A DNA stretch of 64,000 bases from Heterodontus francisci (Eukaryota): contig NC_090378.1 of NCBI RefSeq assembly GCF_036365525.1, forward strand, positions 124,419,593 through 124,483,592. The letters run 5' to 3'. This document shows, piece by piece, positions 56,801 through 64,000 of the stretch. The notes under the pieces were generated by a model. That model was not told the DNA's origin, did no database searches, and saw only the letters and a list, made by a program, of their open reading frames with translations. The position numbers and the translations under genes are program-made. The stretch's first letter is position 1. Each line of letters opens with the position of its first letter.

Positions 56801-59800
56801 CAGTTATATATAAGACATAATATTGGACACACAGTCCCACCTCCTGTACTGACACATCCCACAGTTATATATAATATATAATAATGGACACACAGTCCCA
56901 CCTCCCGCACTGACACATCCCACAGTTATATATAATATATAATAATGGACACACAGTCCCACCTCCTCGACTGACACTTTCCACAGTTATATATAATATA
57001 TAATAATGGACGCATAGTCCCACCTCCCACACTGACACGTTCCACAGTTATATATAATATATAATAATGGACACACAGTCCCACCTCCCGCAATGACACA
57101 TCCCACAGTTATATATAATATATAATATTGGACACACAGTCCCACCTCCTGCACTGACACATCCCACAATTATATATTATATATAATAATGGACTCACAG
57201 TCCCACCTCCTCTACTGACACAACCCACAGTTATATATAATATATAATAATGGACACACAGTCCCACCTCCCGCACTGACACATCCCACAGTTATATATA
57301 ATATATAATAATGGACACACAGTCCCACCTCCCGCACTGACACATCCCACAGTTATATATAATAGATAATAATGGACACACAGTCCCACCTCCTGCACTG
57401 ACACATCCCACATTTATATATTATATATAATAATGGACACAAAATCCCACCTCCCGCTCTGACACATCCCACAGTTATATATAATATATAATAATGGACG
57501 CATAGTCCCACCTCCCACACTGACACGTTCCACAGTTATATATAATATATAATAATGGACACACAGTCCCACCTCCCGCACTGACACATCCCACAGTTAT
57601 ATATAATATATAATATTGGACACACAGTCCCACCTCCTGCACTGACACATCCCACAATTATATATTATATATAATAATGGACTCACAGTCCCACCTCCTC
57701 TACTGACACAACCCACAGTTATATATAATATATAATAATGGACACACAGTCCCACCTCCCGCACTGACACATCCCACAGTTATATATAATATATAATAAT
57801 GGACACACAGTCCCACCTCCCGCACTGACACATCCCACAGTTATATATAATAGATAATAATGGACACACAGTCCCACCTCCTGCACTGACACATCCCACA
57901 TTTATATATTATATATAATAATGGACACAAAATCCCACCTCCCGCTCTGACACATCCCTCAGTTATATATAATATATAATAATGGACACACAGTCCCACC
58001 TCCTGCACTGACACATCCCACAGTTATATATAAAATATAATAATGGACACACAGTCCCACCCCCTGTACTGACACATCCCACTGTTATCTAGAATATATA
58101 ATAATGGGCTCACAGTCCCACGTCCTGTAATGACACATCCCACAGTTATATATAATATATGTTCATGGACACACAGTCCCACCTCCCGCACTGACACATC
58201 CCACAGTTATATATAATATATAATAATGGACACACAGTCCCACCTCCTGTACTGACACATCCCACATTTATATATAATATATAATAATGGACACACAGTC
58301 CCACCTCCTGCACTGACACATCCCACAGTTATATATAATATATAATAATGGACACACAGTCCCACCTCCTGCACTGACACATCCCACATTTATATATAAT
58401 ATATAATAATGGACACACAGTCCCACCTCCTGCACTGACACATCCCACAGTTATATATAATATATAATAATGGACACACAGTCCCACCTCCTGCACTGAC
58501 ACATCCCACATTTATATATAATATATAATAATGGACACACAGTCCCACCTCCTGTACTGACACATCCCACAGTTATATTTAATATATAATAATGGACACA
58601 CAGTCCCACCTCCTGTACTGACACATCCCACAGTTATATCTAATATATAATAATGGACACACAGTCCCACCTCCTGGACTGACACGTCCCACAGTTATAT
58701 ATAATATATAATATTGGACAGACAGCCCCACCTCCTGTCCTGACAGATCCCACTGTTATCTAGAATATATAATAATGGGCTCACAGTCCCATGTCCTGTA
58801 CTGACACATCCCACAGTTATATATAATATATGTTCATGGACACACAGTCCCACCTCCCGCACTGACACATCCCACAGTTATATATAAGACATAATATTGG
58901 ACACACAGTCCCACCTCCTGTACTGACACATCCGACAGTTATCTAGAATATATAATAATGGACACACAGTCCCACCTCCCGCACTGACACATCCGACAGT
59001 TATATATAATATATAATAATGGACACACAGTCCCACCTCCTGCACTGACACATCCCACATTTATATATGATATATAATAATGGAAACACAGTCCCACCTC
59101 CCGAACTGACACATCCCACAGTTATATATAATATATAATAATGGACGCACAGTCCCACCTCCTCGACTGACACGTTCCACAGTTATATATAATATATAAT
59201 AATGGACACACAGTCCCACCTCCTGTACTGACACATCCCACAGTTATATATAATATATAATAATGGACACACAGTCCCACCTCCCGCACTGACACATCCC
59301 ACAGTTATATATAATATATAATAATGGACACACAGTCCCACCTCCTGCACTGACACATCCCACAGTTATATATAATATATATTAATGGACGCACCGTGCC
59401 ACCTCCTCGACTGACACGTTCCACAGTTATATATAATATATAATAATGGACAGACAGTCCCACCTCCCGCACTGACACATCCCACAGTTATATATAATAT
59501 ATAATAATGGACACACAGTCCCACCTCCTGTACTGACACATCCTACAGTTATATATAATATATAATAATGGACACACAGTCCCACCTCCCGCACTGACAC
59601 ATCCCACAATTATATATAGTATATAATAATGGACACACAGTCCCACCTCCCGAACTGACACATCCCACAGTTATATATAATATATAATAATGGACGCACA
59701 GTCCCACCTCCTCGACTGACACATCCCACAGTTATATATAATATATAATAATGGACGCACAGTCCCACCTCCTCGACTGACACGTTCCACAGTTATATAT

Positions 59801-62800
59801 AATATATAATAATGGACACACAGTCCCACCTCCTGCACTGACACATCCCACAGTTATATATAATATATAATAATGGACACACAGTCCCACCTCCTGTACT
59901 GACACATCCCACAGTTATATATAATATATAATAATGGACACACAGTCCCACCTCCCGCACTGACACATCCCACAGTTATATATAATATATAATAATGGAC
60001 ACACAGTCCCACCTCCTCGACTGACACTTTCCACAGTTATATATAATATATAATAAGGGACGCACAGTCCCACCTCCTCGACTGACACGTTCCACAGTTA
60101 TATATAATATATAATAATGGAGACACAGTCCCACTTCCTTGATTTACACGTTCCACAGTTATATATAATATATAGTAATGGACACACAGTCCCACCTCCC
60201 GCACTGACACATCCCACAATTATATATAGTATATAATAATGGACACACAGTCCCACCTCCCGAACTGACACATCCCACAGTTATATATAATATATAATAA
60301 TGGACGCACAGTCCCACCTCCTCGACTGACACGTTCCACAGTTATATATAATATATGATAATGGACACACAGTCCCACCTCCTGTACTGACACATCCCAC
60401 AGTTATATATAATATATAATAATGGACACACAGTCCCACCTCCCGCACTGACACATCCCACAGTTATATATAATATATAATAATGGACACACAGTCCCAC
60501 CTCCTCGACTGACACTTTCCACAGTTATATATAATATATAATAAGGGACGCACAGTCCCACCTCCTCGACTGACACGTTCCACAGTTATATATAATATAT
60601 AATAATGGAGACACAGTCCCACTTCCTTGATTTACACGTTCCACAGTTATATATAATATATAGTAATGGACACACAGTCCCACCTCCCGCACTGACACAT
60701 CCCACAGTTATATATAATATATAATAATGGACGCACAGTCCCACCTCCTCGACTGACACGTTCCACAGTTATATATAATATATAATAATGGACACACAGT
60801 CCCACCTCCTGCACTGACACATCCCACAGTTATATATAATATATAATAATGGACACACAGTCCCACCTCCTGCACTGACACATCCCACAGTTATATATAA
60901 TATATAATAATGGACACACAGTCCCACCTCCTCGACTGACACTTTCCACAGTTATATATAATATATAATAAGGGACGCACAGTCCCACCTCCTCGACTGA
61001 CACGTTCCACAGTTATATATAATATATAATAATGGAGACACAGTCCCACTTCCTTGATTTACACGTTCCACAGTTATATATAATATATAGTAATGGACAC
61101 ACAGTCCCACCTCCCGCACTGACACATCCCACAATTATATATTATATATAATAATGGACTCACAGTCCCACCTCCTCTACTGACACAACCCACAGTTATA
61201 TATAATATATAATAATGGACACACAGTCCCACCTCCCGCACTGACACATCCCACAGTTATATATAATATATAATAATGGACACACAGTCCCACCTCCCGC
61301 ACTGACACATCCCACAGTTATATATAATAGATAATAATGGACACACAGTCCCACCTCCTGCACTGACACATCCCACATTTATATATTATATATAATAATG
61401 GACACAAAATCCCACCTCCCGCTCTGACACATCCCTCAGTTATATATAATATATAATAATGGACACACAGTCCCACCTCCTGCACTGACACATCCCACAG
61501 TTATATATAAAATATAATAATGGACACACAGTCCCACCCCCTGTACTGACACATCCCACTGTTATCTAGAATATATAATAATGGGCTCACAGTCCCACGT
61601 CCTGTAATGACACATCCCACAGTTATATATAATATATGTTCATGGACACACAGTCCCACCTCCCGCACTGACACATCCCACAGTTATATATAATATATAA
61701 TAATGGACACACAGTCCCACCTCCTGTACTGACACATCCCACATTTATATATAATATATAATAATGGACACACAGTCCCACCTCCTGCACTGACACATCC
61801 CACAGTTATATATAATATATAATAATGGACACACAGTCCCACCTCCTGCACTGACACATCCCACATTTATATATAATATATAATAATGGATACACAGTCC
61901 CACCTCCTGCACTGACACATCCCACAGTTATATATAATATATAATAATGGACACACAGTCCCACCTCCTGCACTGACACATCCCACATTTATATATAATA
62001 TATAATAATGGACACACAGTCCCACCTCCTGTACTGACACATCCCACAGTTATATTTAATATATAATAATGGACACACAGTCCCACCTCCTGTACTGACA
62101 CATCCCACAGTTATATCTAATATATAATAATGGACACACAGTCCCACCTCCTGGACTGACACGTCCCACAGTTATATATAATATATAATATTGGACAGAC
62201 AGCCCCACCTCCTGTCCTGACAGATCCCACTGTTATCTAGAATATATAATAATGGGCTCACAGTCCCATGTCCTGTACTGACACATCCCACAGTTATATA
62301 TAATATATGTTCATGGACACACAGTCCCACCTCCCGCACTGACACATCCCACAGTTATATATAAGACATAATATTGGACACACAGTCCCACCTCCTGTAC
62401 TGACACATCCGACAGTTATCTAGAATATATAATAATGGACACACAGTCCCACCTCCCGCACTGACACATCCGACAGTTATATATAATATATAATAATGGA
62501 CACACAGTCCCACCTCCTGCACTGACACATCCCACATTTATATATGATATATAATAATGGAAACACAGTCCCACCTCCCGAACTGACACATCCCACAGTT
62601 ATATATAATATATAATAATGGACGCACAGTCCCACCTCCTCGACTGACACGTTCCACAGTTATATATAATATATAATAATGGACACACAGTCCCACCTCC
62701 TGTACTGACACATCCCACAGTTATAAATAATATATAATAATGGACACACAGTCCCACCTCCCGCACTGACACATCCCACAGTTATATATAATATATAATA

Positions 62801-64000
62801 ATGGACACACAGTCCCACCTCCTGCACTGACACATCCCACAGTTATATATAATATATATTAATGGACGCACCGTGCCACCTCCTCGACTGACACGTTCCA
62901 CAGTTATATATAATATATAATAATGGACAGACAGTCCCACCTCCCGCACTGACACATCCCACAGTTATATATAATATATAATAATGGACACACAGTCCCA
63001 CCTCCTGTACTGACACATCCTACAGTTATATATAATATATAATAATGGACACACAGTCCCACCTCCCGCACTGACACATCCCACAATTATATATAGTATA
63101 TAATAATGGACACACAGTCCCACCTCCCGAACTGACACATCCCACAGTTATATATAATATATAATAATGGACGCACAGTCCCACCTCCTCGACTGACACA
63201 TCCCACAGTTATATATAATATATAATAATGGACGCACAGTCCCACCTCCTCGACTGACACGTTCCACAGTTATATATAATATATAATAATGGACACACAG
63301 TCCCACCTCCTGTACTGACACATCCCACAGTTATATATAATATATAATAATGGACACACAGTCCCACCTCCCGCACTGACACATCCCACAGTTATATATA
63401 ATATATAATAATGGACACACAGTCCCACCTCCTCGACTGACACTTTCCACAGTTATATATAATATATAATAAGGGACGCACAGTCCCACCTCCTCGACTG
63501 ACACGTTCCACAGTTATATATAATATATAATAATGGAGACACAGTCCCACTTCCTTGATTTACACGTTCCACAGTTATATATAATATATAGTAATGGACA
63601 CACAGTCCCACCTCCCGCACTGACACATCCCACAATTATATATAGTATATAATAATGGACACACAGTCCCACCTCCCGAACTGACACATCCCACAGTTAT
63701 ATATAATATATAATAATGGACACACAGTCCCACCTCCCGCACTGACACATCCCACAGTTATATATAATATATAATAATGGACACACAGTCCCACCTCCTC
63801 GACTGACACTTTCCACAGTTATATATAATATATAATAATGGACGCACAGTCCCACCTCCTCGACTGACACGTTCCACAGTTATATATAATATATAATAAT
63901 GGAGACACAGTCCCACTTCCTTGATTTACACGTTCCACAGTTATATATAATATATAGTAATGGACACACAGTCCCACCTCCCGCACTGACACATCCCACA
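23898..64000. repeat. 61-bp tandem satellite, >=40 kb (~657 units), runs off the window end
   Basis: Consensus GGACACACAGTCCCACCTCCTGTACTGACACATCCCACAGTTATATATAATATATAATAAT. Single orientation, no insertions seen, multi-kb higher-order duplications. Confidence 0.99.

Noticed and set aside
23898-64000. CRISPR-like array, or dozens of 60-138 aa Cys/Tyr-rich ORFs
   Set aside because: There are no unique spacers and no cas genes, and the context is eukaryotic. The ORFs are 183-bp (3-unit) phase artefacts of the satellite.

Overview
Vertebrate genomic DNA, almost certainly a shark or other elasmobranch, judged from the V-gene leader and the SINE/CR1 content. Bases 1-23 kb are mostly transposon debris: CR1 and L2-like LINEs, a tRNA-derived V-SINE, a hAT MITE, Harbinger-like and Gypsy-like relics, and a young Tx1-type retrotransposon inserted into a 36-bp minisatellite. 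This part also holds four different minisatellites (36, 23, 32 and 43 bp) and a possible chain of exons on the minus strand. At 23.2-23.9 kb is one intact, unrearranged kappa-type (NS4/type III-like) immunoglobulin light-chain V gene with promoter, leader exon, intron, V exon and a perfect 12-bp-spacer RSS. About 5 bp after the nonamer, a 61-bp satellite starts and fills the remaining ~40 kb (~657 units), and no J or C is seen. Each satellite unit carries two RSS-heptamer-like motifs (CACAGTC, CACAGTT), all in the same orientation as the V RSS. One of them forms a degenerate 23-spacer RSS. This V-RSS/satellite junction is the most unusual feature. Nearly all long ORFs in the supplied track are repeat artefacts.
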